A stretch of DNA of 64,000 nucleotides, taken from positions 1 to 64,000 of the forward strand of contig JBECUI020000033.1 in NCBI GenBank assembly GCA_040954595.2, in the 5' to 3' direction. Shown piece by piece: positions 21,892-34,934 of this stretch. The stretch is from Balanoglossus misakiensis. Taxonomy: Eukaryota > Animalia > Hemichordata. The notes beneath the pieces were generated by a model. The model did no database searches. It was not told the origin of the DNA and saw nothing but the letters and a program-made list of their open reading frames with translations. A program made the translations under genes and the position numbers. Each line of letters begins with the position of its first letter. Positions within the stretch are counted from its first letter, which is position 1.

Positions 21892-24800
21892 TTGATGTTT
21901 AGAAATTTTACCTTGTGTGCAGTGGTTTTGATTTTAGCCAGTTGTGCCAATGTGGTGCTTACACAGGAATATGATGGCTTTCTTTATCGGTTAGAAGGGA
22001 ATGAAATAACTATCATCGGTCTCTCCGCTCCAAAGGATTCTATAGAAATTCCCTCCACAATTCTTGGTATACCTGTAACAAGAATTGCCGATAAGGCCTT
22101 TGCCTTTGATACCGTTGATGAAGGCAAAAGTTTTGCCAATGTGAGTCTCCCCGATAGCCTGGTCAGTATAGGGGCAGCCGCCTTTAAAAACACTGGGCTG
22201 AGTAGTATCAACATACCCAATAGCGTAACAAGCATTGGAAATGAGGCTTTTTATTCCGCCGAGTCTCTAACTGAAGTACATATAGGATCCGGCATAAACT
22301 CCATAGGCACATTGGCCTTTGCTGGTACGGCCCTTACCAAACTGACCATTTTGGCTCTGGATGCTCCCAGCCTCTCATCCAACCCTACTGAAGTTTTCCC
22401 CACGACCCTCACCTCCTTCTATTATCTCCTTGAGGCAGAAGGCTACGCTGCTTCTCCCTGGGGAGATTTTACCAACAGGGTTCCCATCTTTAATTCCTAC
22501 CTTGTAGAAAACGTATGGCCGGGAGATGAGCATGTTCTTCTGAACCTCAGGGGCATACCTGGAGTCGTCTACACCGTTTCCGCCCATAACACAGAAGACT
22601 TCTCCGACAACGGGATATCGGTGGACTCAGACCCGACCATGGAAAACTCTCTGGAACTAAAACTTGACGGTCTGATTAACAACTACCCCTACTACCTTCG
22701 GGTGCGCGGGACCTCTCAAGGAGACATCAGTGCCTGGTATGAACTCCCTGACTCCTATACCCCAAGTTCCAATCCCAGCGTCACGATCAGAAATGTCCAA
22801 CTTTCTGAGGGGACTATTACGGTTACTGTTCGTGCCGCTTCTGGAATTAAAATCACTCTTTTTGCCCATACTCAAGCAGATTTTTCCGACCCGGGGATAA
22901 CCGTGGAGCCTATCATAACCGACGGGCAGAGTCAGTTATAAGTTTGACCGAACTGAGCAATGGAACTCCTTACTATATTCGTGTTCGAGGAGAAAACCCC
23001 CAGGGGCATCTAAGCCCCTGGATTGAGCCTAGAGGCAATCCCTACACACCAACCCTGGGACCCACGGTCAACTTAGAAAGCGTCGAAACCAGTGTGGAGA
23101 CCATTGCGGTTACTGTCCGTGCTCCTCTTGGCTTCAAGGTTTCCCTTTTTGCCCATACTCAAGCGGATTTCTCTGATCCGGGAATCTCAATTGACCCCTT
23201 TGATGCTACAAACGAATCTCAGGTTAAGAGCTTTGAGGGTTTGAGTGAAGGTACGCCATACTACATTCGGGCCCGGGGAGAAAATGCTCAAGGAAGTGTC
23301 GGTAACTGGTCCTATGCCTATGACAACCCTTATACTCTCAATACGAACCCCTCGGTTAACGTAGAAGACGTCAAAACCAGTGTGGAAGCTGTCACTGTTA
23401 CTGTCAATGCCCCCGTCGGTATTCAGATCACTCTCTTTGCCCATACGCAAGCGGATTTTTCTGATTCTGGAGTATCCTTCGGTCCTGTTGATGCCACGGG
23501 ATCTCCCCAGGAATTGGGGCTCAGTGGCCTCACTGGAGGTGCGTCGTACTACATTCGAGCCCAGGGGGAAAATATTCAGGGGGATTCTAGTTATACTGAG
23601 GCTGGAAGCAATCCTTATGTTCCCCACCTGAACCCCGCCGTCAGCATTGTGGGCGTCGTGACTGAACAGGGAAAACTTAAGGTTACCGTCAATGCTCCCA
23701 TCGGTATTGACATCACCCTCTTTCTCCATACTCAAGAGGACTTCTCTGATCAAGGAACATTGATTGGTCCCTTTGCTTCTACAGGCAGTAACCAAGAGCA
23801 GAGTTTTGATGGACTGACTGCGGCTGTAACGTACTACGTCCGGGTCCAGGGAGAAAATGCCCAGCAGGATACCGTGTACACAGAGGCTAGTGGCAATCCC
23901 TTCAGGACTAATGTAGACCCTAGAGTCACAATTGAAAATGTTGAGGCAGGTGTGCAGCTCATTAGGGCATTTGTCACTGCCGAGGCAGGTATTCAGATCA
24001 CTCTCTTTGCCCATACGCAAGCGGATTTTTCTGACTCTGGAGTATCCTTCGGTCCTGTTGATGCCACGGGATCTTCCCAGGAATTGCGCATCAGTGGTCT
24101 TGTTGGAGGTACCTCGTACTACATCCGGGTCCAGGGAATAACGCCCAAGGAGACCAACAGGATACTTCCCATGGTAGTCCTCTGGTTCCCCATACATCCT
24201 ATCTGGTTAGCATTACCGATGTTGTGCCCAAAGAGACAGGGCTAATCGTTGACATTGAGGCTGGGACCGGTGAATCAGGGAAGCTTCAAGTTTTCACTGA
24301 TCCAGATTATGCAGATGGTAATATTGTTATAGACCGTTCCTTCACAGGTTCTCAAACCGTGGACCTAACTGGACTGACAAATGAAACAGTTTACTATCTG
24401 CGTGTTCTACACTCAGATAGTGGCCCCGAGTTTCGTTACTCTACTCCCCTCATCCCTGCAGCTGATGGGAAACAGTATATCCATCGCTTAAGTGAACTGA
24501 GTAAAATTGGTGTGGATATGGTACATTATCCTGCTGACTGGGACTACGAACTGAAGATGGACCTTAATTTTAACGATGCAAACAATGATGGATTCCTTGA
24601 TGATCCTTTCGACAATGATGACGATGATACGAATGGGAATTGGTTACCTCTTGCCCCTGCCCTTTATAACACGGCAGATGTCTATCTTTCAGGTGGTTTC
24701 AAGGGAAACATCGATGGAGGGAATAAGAAAATTATTGGTCTGACCATACAGACTCCTTTAGTTTCTAAGGTTGGTCTTATTAGTACGGTTGCGGCAGACG

Positions 24801-26212
24801 GGGAGATCAAGAACCTTATACTGCAGGAGGTAAATATCTCGGGAGATGACAGCTTAGGTGCCTTTGTTGGCCAAGCCATTTATTCTAGCAACCTCACAAT
24901 AAAGGATAGTCTTGCCACAGGGACGATCTTGGGACAGGGGAGCTACGTGGGTGGCCTGTTAGGATACGTTGTATATCCCACCATAATGGGTAGTTCGTTC
25001 TCGGGAGAGGTCAAGGGGGGCTCTCAAGTGGGCGGCCTGGCAGGATATGTTTGGAAAGGTGATATTACGCAAAGCTATAGCGAGGGAGATGTCTCGGGGT
25101 CTAGCGTTATAGGTGGTTTGGTTGGAAATTCCTTAGAATGTAACATAACAGAAAGCTATACTACAGGAAATATCACTGCCATCTCTGAAAGTCCAAATAG
25201 AGTCGGTGGCTTGGTCGGCTTTTTGTCGAAAGGCGAAATAACCAACAGCTATACCCAAGGTAATATTTCAGGAGGAAGCGAGGTGGGTGGTTTGATCGGA
25301 GGATTGCAGGAAGGGGCTATACGAGCTAGCTATTCTACTGGACAAGTAGTAGGAGGAAATGATGGAGAAAATACAGGGGGTCTAGTTGGTTTCTTTATAG
25401 GTGCCGGGAATGCCAGCAGCTTCTCCGTAAACATGAGTTATTCTACTGGGAATGTCTCTGGTGGGCTTACAAGTACAGGAGGTTTAATTGGAAGAGTATA
25501 CAACGGCACTTCTCTGATACACCAGAGTTATGCCACCGGGGATATCTTGGGACAGCAAGAAGTAGGTGGCTTGATAGGAAGTTTGGTTCTACCAAACCAG
25601 AGTTCAGCTACAATATCACAATGTTATGCTGCTGGAGGAGTCACAGGAACAGTAAAAGTAGGTGGTTTGTTGGGTATCGCGTCTTTTGGAGGTCCAGCTA
25701 TAGTAGAAAACAATTATGCCACTGGAGATATTTCAGGGGATGATCAAGTGGGCGGTTTTATTGGCCGCATTGATGAAAATACCACGATACGAAACAACTA
25801 TTCTACTGGAAATGTTGAAGGAAAAACTTATCTAGGCGGTTTTGTTGGACAGGTTTCAGGTGCTGATATTCGTATAAGCAACTCTTATACAACGAGTGAT
25901 ATCTCATTCAAAGATGGGAGTACTTCATCGCTATTTGGGCGATTTGCTGCCTCTAGTGATAATGTTTCTATAACAAATAGCTTTTATTATGATCAACAGA
26001 TAACTCCCGATAGCCCTAGAGTTCAGTTTGGTATTTCTAGTGTTACAATTGAACAGCTCAAAACTCCAACCTGGTATACAAGCGCTGACAACAATCACCT
26101 GAATTGGCCTAATGACAGCTGGACCATCTCTGGCAGGGTAGACGCCTCTCCTATTTCCTATCATCCCCACATAAAAGGTGTTTCTGAACAGCCTGACAAC
26201 CCTATTCCCTAA
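21892..26212 (+). CDS. Surface lipoprotein paralog 2: BspA-type LRR + ~7 FN3-like repeats + GLUG-motif repeat domain (frameshifts ~22940, ~24140)
   Basis: Lipobox ILASC; LRRs; ~95-aa AHTQADFSD.G repeats; EFRYSTPLIP...GKQYIHRLSEL linker shared with paralog 1; GLUG-like VGGLVG repeats. Confidence 0.82.
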
Positions 26213-26217
26213 CCCTT

Positions 26218-26246
26218 AGCTCCCCCCTGTAGGGAAGGGGGGGGCT
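26218..26246. terminator. GC-rich hairpin after paralog 2
   Basis: AGCTCCCCCC-N9-GGGGGGGGCT right after the stop codon, between convergent genes. Confidence 0.5.
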
Positions 26247-26537
26247 CAAGAGATTTGGGGCTACCTGCTTCTTTGAAGGCTTCCTGGATTTTAGGTCTTG
26301 GAGGTGAGGATTTTGATCTTTGGAGTTGGTTTTTATTGTTCTTCCCTGATGTGAGGGGGTGTTCCTCTAACAACATCCTGACAAATCCAGGGAGTCTTCC
26401 CTGGTCAAGTCTTACCTGGGGGACTTCCACGTAAGAATCTCCAGACTCCCAGAAACTTAAAGAGCTTGAGAGGGCAAAAATTTTCCACCATGACCATGGA
26501 CGAAACATGGAGAATCGCTTCAAGTGGAATCAGCTCA

Positions 26538-27143
26538 TTAATTCTGTTGGGACAAGTTATCTAAAAGCTCTTTGATCCTTCGCCCTGCCTGTCCTCTGTG
26601 GGAGACCAGATTCTTCTCTTCCTGACTCAATTCAGCAAAAGTTGAGCCATGGGAGGGAAGGAAAAAAAGAGGGTCATAGCCAAACCCTGCGGTCCCGACA
26701 GGAGACATGGAGATGTAACCCTGCAATTCTTCCTGAACAATAAAAAAACGGAACGTACTAAGGGACAGAACCATGCAACAAACAAAAGAGGCCTGACGCT
26801 CCTCCCCCGAAAAGAAACGCATTTTATCAAGTAGGTAATCATTCCGCTCTGAGTCCGTTAAACCCCGCCTCCCCGGGGCATCGCCATATCTAGCGGAGAG
26901 AACCCCAGGATCTCCTCCAAGGGCAGGAACAGACAGACCTGAATCATCGGCCAATATGGGGTAAGGAGTAAGTTCAACCAGAGCCCGAACCTTAATCAAG
27001 GCATTCTCCATATAGGTATTGCCCTTCTCTTCCCATACTGGATTCAATCCCTTATCTTGGGGTGACAGGATGCTATGAGAGTCAAGAATAGCTGAAATTT
27101 CCTCGTGTTTATGGGGATTCCCCGAAGCTAGAATTATTTCCAT
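26538..27143 (-). CDS. rdgB: Non-canonical purine NTP pyrophosphatase (Ham1 family)
   Basis: ASGNPHK, ADDSGL, PGVLSARY, GFGYDPLF, SHRG. Confidence 0.93.
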   Translation of the reverse strand: MEIILASGNPHKHEEISAILDSHSILSPQDKGLNPVWEEKGNTYMENALIKVRALVELTPYPILADDSGLSVPALGGDPGVLSARYGDAPGRRGLTDSERNDYLLDKMRFFSGEERQASFVCCMVLSLSTFRFFIVQEELQGYISMSPVGTAGFGYDPLFFLPSHGSTFAELSQEEKNLVSHRGQAGRRIKELLDNLSQQN

Positions 27144-27369
27144 GGTTTTAGCTTAGGTTATTTCTTTTTAAGAAGTCCATAGACAATTTTCTTTGGGCAT
27201 TCAAATAGGTTTCAATGACAGTGATTTTCTCCATTGATTCGGTGTATTGTAATCGTCAGGGAGGGTTCCATTGCTAGGAAGCATTCTTTGCTCGGAGTAA
27301 TCAGGAGTATTCGTAGGGTTATTTTAGACCCCTCCGAAAGCTTTGTTGTATGGAATTCGCAGTCAAGCA

Positions 27370-27398
27370 AAACGATAAGAAGATTCTTCTTATCGTTT
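27370..27398 (-). repeat. 29-bp palindromic site, copy 3, perfect: AAACGATAAGAAGA-T-TCTTCTTATCGTTT
   Basis: 14-bp perfect arms around one central base. Confidence 0.9.
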
Positions 27399-27502
27399 CC
27401 CTCTAAACCGTATCAACAAAATTTGCATTCTTCTAACCCAGCCCGTTGTTATGCCGAGAAGGGTATAGTTTTCAAACTTAGGGGGATGCAGAACTTCAGC
27501 AA

Positions 27503-30362
27503 TCAGTTTGTGGTGCCCAGGCTTTCCCGCTGTTTGTAAATCTCATCGGCTTCGGCATCTCTTCCTATCTGTCTCAGAAGTACTTCGGCCTTTCGCAGAA
27601 CCCGACGGGATGTTATTTTTTGATCGGGATAAAGGTAGGGAAGTGCCTGATAGGCTTGTAGGGCTTCGCTGATACGTCCCTCATCAATATAGGTTTCTGC
27701 AAGGCCTTCCTGGGCCTCGGCCCCTATGGGCCTGAGTGGAATCTCTGATTACTACCTGGTAGACATCCCGTGCTTGCCCAGGCTTATTGTTTTTTCGGAG
27801 CTGATGAGCCAGGAGAAGGAGAGCTTCATGACGTTCCACCAAGGGCAGTTCCGTCTCTTCGGTTAGCAGCGTGAGGTCCTTTTGAGCCTCAGGCGGAATG
27901 TCTGTTATCCTGGCCCAAGCCAGGATAATGGGGGACCGAAGTTTTAAGGGAAGATGCGCAACGGCTGTTCTGGCCGAAGATACCAGAACAGGATTACCGA
28001 TCTGCAAGAGAGTTTTCCCCCAGGAACGGGTGGCAGCCTCAGCTTCTGGATCATCAGAATTGACGGCAACCCAGGCCTGATAGAGCCAGGCGGCCCGATC
28101 CAGGCGGCCCAACTCCCTGTTTACCAGGGCCGCCCTCAGGGCGGCCCTTATTCCCTGAGGGCTCTGGGGAAATTTCCTGATGCAAAGTTCGTACCAACGG
28201 AGAGCTGCTTCCAATTCTTTTGCGGCCAGGGCATCTTCTCCCATTCGGAAGGGGAGATCCGCAGGCAGGGTGCTGGTGGGGAACTCCCTAGCCAATCGGT
28301 CAGCGCTTTTTTCGGCCTCGTTGTAGAGTCCCTGCTGGTAAAAGACCCAGGCCTGTTGATAGAGGGCTTCTTCTCGCCATGCCCCCCCTGGGGTGGACAG
28401 GGCTCGGCGGTAATGCTCCAGAGCTCCATTCCAATCATTGCTGGCGGCCAGGCTGATGCCGGCGCGGTAGTAGGCCCGACCCGACTTTTCGGTTCCGGGA
28501 AAAAGGAGTGCCGCCGCCACAAAGGTTCTTGCGGCTTCCTCCCATGCGGTCTCCCGAAACCAAGTCCAGGCCATGGCAAACTGAGCTTCGTAGGCGAGTT
28601 CCGGGGGGCCATTTCTTATGGCTAGATCATAGGACTGCCTGGCTTGTTGCCAACGTTCTGCATCATAATGCGCCTCTCCCCTATAGTAAGCAGCTTCTGC
28701 TGCCCATGTACCCTGAGGATTCTCGGCTATGAGTTTATCAAAAAGTAGAACCGCTTCTTCACGGTTGTCTGCATTGTGATAGGCTAATGCCGCTGAATAT
28801 AGGGCCCAGCGTCTGGAAGAATCGGAATCCGCCTTAGCAGCAGCTTTCAGGTAATACTCAGCAGAACGAGCATATTCTCCCCGGTCTGCATAGATCAAAC
28901 CTATGCGAGACCAGGCATCCACGGCCCAGGGGGAATGAGGACTTTCTTTGACCAAATCGACATAGTGGGAGAGGGCTGTTTCGTAATCCGTTTCTTCTCG
29001 GGCCATCTCCGCCTTTAAATAGAGATATGCTGGTTTTTCTTCACTGGAAGGATAGTCTCGAAGCAAAAGCTTCAGAATCTCTAGGGCCTGCTGGGTTTGT
29101 CCTTCCTTTCGGTATTGGCCTAGCATCAGCCGGGCGGCTTCTTCCCGTTGAGCGTTGTCGGGGTAATCCTCCACTAGTTGGCCAAGACGCTGAAGGGCTT
29201 CAGGGTCCCTTCCTTCTTGTAGCAGAAGGATTCCGGCCAGCCAGAGAGCCTCCATTCGGATAGTTCTATTGGGACCTGTGGCCGCCTTATCCAGATGGGG
29301 TAGAGCCTCTGAAACTTGGGATGTTCCCAGCCATGTCTGGGCCAGATCGTAGGCTGCCCGTTGGGCTTCTTCGATATTGACAGGATCAGCCAGCACGGCC
29401 TTGTAGGCATCCCGAGCCTTTTTCCAATCACCCTGCTGGAGGGAAGATGTGGCCCGTATCCTGATGACTTCTTTCTCTCCCTGGCGCTTCTCTTCGGGAG
29501 AGGCCTCTTTTTCCCAGTCAGAAAGGGCCTGAAGTGCCGCTGAGGCCTTTCCCTGGTCAGCGAATAAGCGGGCACTTTTGAGTAGGGCATCAGCCCGGTA
29601 GGGGGACTGTCTGACCGTGTCTAAAAAACCCTGATAGCGGACTAAGGCTAGATCGTCCTGCCCCAACTGGAGGCGGGCCTCGCCCAGCCAGTAGGGAACA
29701 TCTTCTTCGTAGGTGTCGTAGTTGATCATTAGTTGGAGAAAGGTATCCAGAGCTTCTTTTGGCTTTCTCGCTCCCAAGAGGACAAGCCCCAAACGGTATA
29801 GCCCCTTGACTACGAGATCTTTATCGGTTTCTGCATCAATAAATTCTTGGTAAACCCTAGCTGCTGCAGTGGTATCGCCTAGATTTTCCAGAGAGGCTCC
29901 CCAGTAGAGATAAGATTGGGAAAGGAAGTCCTTTTCCTCTTTTATCTTTGTCTGTTGGGCAAAGGCGGCGGCGGCAGACTCCCAGTAGCCCTGCTTATAG
30001 TAGGAAAGTCCTTCCCAGTAGGCAGTTCGGAGAATGTAGGGTGATTGGGGGTATTGTCGGGAAAGCATGGTTAAGGTATCCAGGGCTCGGGAGTAGTTAG
30101 CGGTGTAGTAAAGGGCAACGGCATTCAGGTAGCTCACCGTTCCAGCTCGCGGGTCTTCAGGGAATTCCAGGAGAAGTTGTTCGAAGTTGGTTGAGGCGGT
30201 GGCCCAAAGGGTATCGTTAAAGGCCTGGCGGCCAGCTTCGTAGAGTCTGTCGGCAGACTGGGCATGTAGAGAAACTACGGGGATCAACAAGACTGCAAGC
30301 AATAACAAGAAAACCAAAATTTTCTGCGAGGCTCCCCGAGACGGAGCCAGCTGCCTATCCAT
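27503..30362 (-). CDS. Exported multi-TPR protein (CpoB/BamD-like repeats); frameshift ~27730
   Basis: Signal peptide ending LHA-Q; many 'A.Y..G..Y....y..A...F..l...yP' repeats; alternative frame continues GAEAQEGLAETY...GTTN* to 27503. Confidence 0.8.
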
Positions 30363-32909
30363 TTTTTTCCCGATTTTTCCTTTGGTCTGAAGTCATGGGA
30401 AGCTTTGCTGGTTCTGCTAAGTCAGGCCGTTTGACCTTTTTTCTCTTTCGACGGAAAGAAATTTTGTCATCCCGACGCTCCAGCACTACGGTGTCTCCAG
30501 AGGAGAACTGACCCTTAAGAAGGCCCATGGACAGGGGATCTTCAATTTCCTTCTGTATAGACCGTCTTAAGGGGCGGGCCCCATAGACAGTATTGTAGCC
30601 TTTTTCTATCAGGAATTCCCGGACATTTCGTTTTATATCTAACTGGATATCCATGGGTTTTAAACGATTCTGCAGTTCTTTGATCATCATGTCCAAAATG
30701 CCCATGATGTGTTGATCTTCAAGGCTGTGGAAAACAACAATCTCATCAACGCGATTTAAAAACTCAGGTCTGAAAAGTTGGCGTAATTCGTTCATGGCTG
30801 AGGCCTTGGTCTCGTGGTGAGATCGCACTCCGGATTGAGACTGAAAGCCCAGCCCATTTTCTCTGTTGATTTCTCTGGCACCGACGTTTGAGGTCATGAT
30901 TAAAACGGTGTTACGGAAGGAAACCCTGTGGCCAAAGTTGTCCTGCAATTCCCCTTCTTCCAGGACCTGCAAAAGAAGGTTAAAAACATCAATGTGAGCC
31001 TTTTCAATTTCATCCAGCAAAACCACACTGTAGGGACGTCGACGGATCTTCTCCGTCAGCCCTCCTCCCTCTTCGTAGCCAACGTAACCGGGGGGAGCAC
31101 CAACCAGACGGGAGCTGTTGTGCTTTTCCATATAGTCTGACATGTCCATTCGGATAAGGGCATTTTCATTACCAAAAAGATATTCGGCCAGGCTCTTGGC
31201 CAGGAGGGTCTTCCCCACACCCGTAGGGCCAAGAAAGAAGAAAGAGCCCAGAGGTCGATTGGGAGAGTTCAGTCCTATTCGAGCCCGGCGTATGGCCGAG
31301 GTTACTGTGGCGATAGCCTTGTCCTGACCAACGACTCGGCGGTGAAGGTCCTTTTCCATGTGGAGCAGCTTTTCAGATTCTTTCTTGACAATTTGTGTTA
31401 AGGGGATTCCAGTAATTTCGGAAACAATGGTTTGGATGTCCTTCACTTCAATAAACTTATGCTCTTTGTCCAAGGACTTTTCCCAGTTCTTCTTAAGTTG
31501 ATCGATCTCTTTTTAATCTCCTGCATCTTATCCCTGACCATGGCGGCTTTTTCGTAGTTCTGGGAGTTTACATGGGCTATTTTTTCTTCAGTAAGCATGA
31601 GGATGTGTTCTTCCATGTTGTGGACGTTCTCAGGAGGAGAGGCAATCTTCATTCGCTTTCTGGCTCCAGCTTCGTCCATAAGGTCAATGGCCTTGTCGGG
31701 AAGGTACCTGTCCATCAGATAGCGGTCGGCGAGCTCTACCGAAGCCCGGAGGGCCTTAGCATCATAGGTAACCTTGTGATAATTCTCATAACGGTCCTTT
31801 ATGCCTTTCAGGATGATGTAACTTTCTTCTTGTGTGGGCTCCTTTATGATTACAGGCTGGAATCGTCTTTCCAGGGCCGTATCTTTCTCCAAATATTTCT
31901 TATACTCGTTAAAGGTGGTGGCTCCAATACATTGAATTTCACCGCGGCTGAGGGCCGGTTTTAGTATGCTGGAAGCATCAATGGCTCCTTCTGCCCCTCC
32001 AGCTCCAATGATGGTGTGAAGCTCGTCGATAAACAGAATGATTTTTCCTGACTTCTCAATCTCCCGGATAATTCTCTTTAATCTGTCTTCAAATTCCCCC
32101 CGGTACTTTGTACCCGCCACCAAGGCGGCTAAGTCCAGGCTCATTAATCGTTTTCCTGAGAAGAATTCCGGGGCTGTTCCACCGCTGATACGTTGGGCAA
32201 GACCTTCCACCACGGCGGTTTTTCCCACACCGGGTTCACCCATCAGCACAGGATTGTTTTTTGTGCGACGGGCCAGGATGCGGATGATTCGGGAAATTTC
32301 CCGGTTCCTGCCCACCACGGGGTCAAGTTCTTTTTTCCTGGCCATGGCTGTGAGGTCTTTGGAGTAATGATCTAAAATTCCTGGGGCATGGAATTCGCTG
32401 ATTTTCATTCCCCCCTGATGTGAGGGAAGACCTGACTTTGCCAGTTTTTCCGGAGTTTTGACTCGGCCCTTGGCGTTGTTTTCTTCGTGGACAATGCCCC
32501 GCAGAATGTCTACAGACACATTGTAGAGAGCAAGATAGTTAGAAGTGGTACTTCCCAGTTCTCCGGCGGCGGCCAGAAGAAAATGTTCGGTGCAAATTAA
32601 CTCATGACTGAGCATGGTTGCTTCATTGGCGGCGTTTTCCAGAAGCAGCTTCACACGGTGGGAAGGAGAAACTTCGCCTAGAGAAAAACCTCGTTCTCCT
32701 GGGGGGAGCTTGTTTCCTATTTCTTCTATCATCTTGTCGATATCGATATTCAGGCGCTGAAGACATTTGTTGGCCCCGCCCCCTTTTTCTCTAAGTATAG
32801 CTAAAATGATGTGCTCAGAAAGGAGTGTGGTAGAACGAAATCTTTTTGCCTCTTCCTGGGCTAAAACGGTAAGTATGCGTTGGGCCCGTTGAGTCAAACC
32901 TTTAATCAT
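30355..32909 (-). CDS. clpC: ATP-dependent Clp protease ATP-binding subunit (frameshift ~31500)
   Basis: Clp N domain, [17 protein letters not shown]-type [28 protein letters not shown] loop; extended -10 TGTTATAAT at 32947-32939. Confidence 0.92.
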
Positions 32910-32985
32910 CGTGTGCTCTCTTGAGTCTTCACAAACCCATTATAACAGATTTTTAATTTTTTGACGAGAAGTTTTCTTATAAGAA

Positions 32986-34266
32986 TTAGTGTTTTCTCAA
33001 TAGTTCCAGCGGTCTAAGAGAAGCTGCCCGACGTGCCGGGAACCAACCTGCCGCCAGGGCCAAGATCAAAGCAAGCCCTCCCATAATGCCCGCAGAGCCC
33101 CAGCGGAGGGAAATAGGGATTTCCTGAATATAGTAGGCTTCGTCCAGAAGCCGGGGGAGGGGAGCCCCTTGGTAGAAGGTATTTCCAACAAAGGTTATAA
33201 ACCGATCCAATCCCAGGATAATCTCATTAATCCATAGGGAAGTAAGAAGTCCCAGGCCTATACCGAGGATCACTCCTATCAGGGCCGAGAGGAAGCCTGC
33301 GGTAAGAAAGACGGAGGCAATAGTTCGGGGAGATGTCCCGGTGCATTTCAGAATTCCAATTTCTCTGCGCCGTTCTAAGCCGAATATGATTAGGGAAGAA
33401 GAAATGTTTATGGTGGCCACCAGAACCAGCAGAGCCATAATGAACAGGAGGCTAGTTTTAGTGGAAGAGAAGTTCTTCAGCAGAGAATGGTTTAATTCCT
33501 TCCAGTCGTATGCGGTCCAGCGATGAGGAAGCTCTGAGATTAGTCTTTCGCGCAAGGGGCGGGCCTCGGAGGTGGGATTGTGGGTTTTTATTCCCAAAAA
33601 GGTTTTAGAGCTTTCAACCGGTAGAATCTTCCAACCCGTTTCCAGGGGTATGAAGGCCAAAATCCTGTCGATGTTCTGGTATCCAGCAGAGAAAATACCC
33701 TTGACGGTAAAACGTGTAACCCTGGGAATGTATCGGCCATCGGGAAGGGACTTTCCCGTAAGAATCCTGAGTTCCTCTCCCACATTGACTCCCAGGCGTC
33801 GTGCTGCTTCACGACCCAGCAAGAGGGCATCGGGGCTGCGGAGATCCCAGGAACCTTGGTCAAAGGTAATGAATTGGGTAAAAGATGGGTCTTTCTGGGG
33901 GATTCCTGTTGGCAGAGCTCTCAGGGTAAGACCCTCTCGGACTCCTTGGCCTCGGGCCAGAGCAAAACCCTGCCGTTCCACCCATACAGCAGATACCTGG
34001 GGATGCTCAGCTACCTCTTGGGTTCGAATATCCCAGGTTTGTTCGTCTTGGGCATCCCAGGCATGAACCTGAAGATGGTAGGTAGAGACTTCGATGTACC
34101 GGCTTATGATGCCCTGTGTCATTCCTTCAACAACATGGTCTACGGTAACTAGGGGTATAAGGGCCAGGGCTATCCCCACAGTGCTGCCCCAGATAGACCC
34201 TCCCAAACGTCCCTTAGCTCTGGATCGGAAAAAAAGACGTTGGGTGACAAAAAAGGTTTGTTTCAT
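32986..34266 (-). CDS. lolE: Lipoprotein-releasing ABC transporter permease (LolC/E family)
   Basis: FtsX/MacB-type topology, EIGILK..G, PARRAA; flanks lolD. Confidence 0.75.
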   Translation of the reverse strand: MKQTFFVTQRLFFRSRAKGRLGGSIWGSTVGIALALIPLVTVDHVVEGMTQGIISRYIEVSTYHLQVHAWDAQDEQTWDIRTQEVAEHPQVSAVWVERQGFALARGQGVREGLTLRALPTGIPQKDPSFTQFITFDQGSWDLRSPDALLLGREAARRLGVNVGEELRILTGKSLPDGRYIPRVTRFTVKGIFSAGYQNIDRILAFIPLETGWKILPVESSKTFLGIKTHNPTSEARPLRERLISELPHRWTAYDWKELNHSLLKNFSSTKTSLLFIMALLVLVATINISSSLIIFGLERRREIGILKCTGTSPRTIASVFLTAGFLSALIGVILGIGLGLLTSLWINEIILGLDRFITFVGNTFYQGAPLPRLLDEAYYIQEIPISLRWGSAGIMGGLALILALAAGWFPARRAASLRPLELLRKH

Positions 34267-34931
34267 GGGACCTGAAGCTTTCCCTCTCTTAGCTCCCATT
34301 GCTGGTTTGCCTGGGAGGCAAGGGTCCTGTCATGGGTCACGATAACCAGGGATTTCTCCCGTTGGGAAACCAGGGAATAGAGAAGTTCTGCCACTTTCTC
34401 TTTGTGGTCCTCGTCCAGATTTCCTGTTGGCTCGTCGGCGAGGATAAGAAATGGATCGTTTATCAAGGCCCGGGCCAGGGCTACTCGCTGGCGTTCCCCT
34501 CCCGAAAGCTGAGAAGGATAATGTTCAGCCCTGTCTTGCACCTGCACAGCTTTCAGGAGTTCTTCTGCCCTTTCTTTGGTCTCTTTTTTCCTTCTGTTCA
34601 CCATCAGAGCCGGGAGCATCACGTTTTCCAGGGCGGTGAAGTCCTTGAGGAGGTAATGGAACTGAAAAATGAATCCTACCTGCCAGGCGCGATAGGCGGT
34701 CAGGGACTTCTCATTGAGACTGTGGACGGCAAAGCCATAGGAATGGACACTTCCCGAGTCAGGTTTGTCCAGGCCACCTAAGATGTTCAAGAGAGTGCTC
34801 TTCCCACTGCCACTCTCACCGGTTATCGCAATACTTCTTGCCTCGGTAAGGGACAGATGAACTCCCCGGAGAACGTAAATTTTCCCCCTTCCCGAGGGGA
34901 AGGTTTTGACAACATCAGAGAGTTCCACCAT
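34263..34931 (-). CDS. lolD: Lipoprotein-releasing ABC transporter ATPase
   Basis: [36 protein letters not shown]. Confidence 0.88.
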   Translation of the reverse strand: MVELSDVVKTFPSGRGKIYVLRGVHLSLTEARSIAITGESGSGKSTLLNILGGLDKPDSGSVHSYGFAVHSLNEKSLTAYRAWQVGFIFQFHYLLKDFTALENVMLPALMVNRRKKETKERAEELLKAVQVQDRAEHYPSQLSGGERQRVALARALINDPFLILADEPTGNLDEDHKEKVAELLYSLVSQREKSLVIVTHDRTLASQANQQWELREGKLQVP

Positions 34932-34934
34932 GGT

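Noticed and set aside
23418-24200. DGR TR/VR pair in paralog 2
   Set aside because: Both copies are coding, only two mismatches in the core, mixed substitutions outside it, and no RT.
26209-27539. ORFs 26209-26523 and 27234-27539 as genes
   Set aside because: No recognisable motifs or RBS; they run through a hairpin or the palindromic site and overlap real gene ends.
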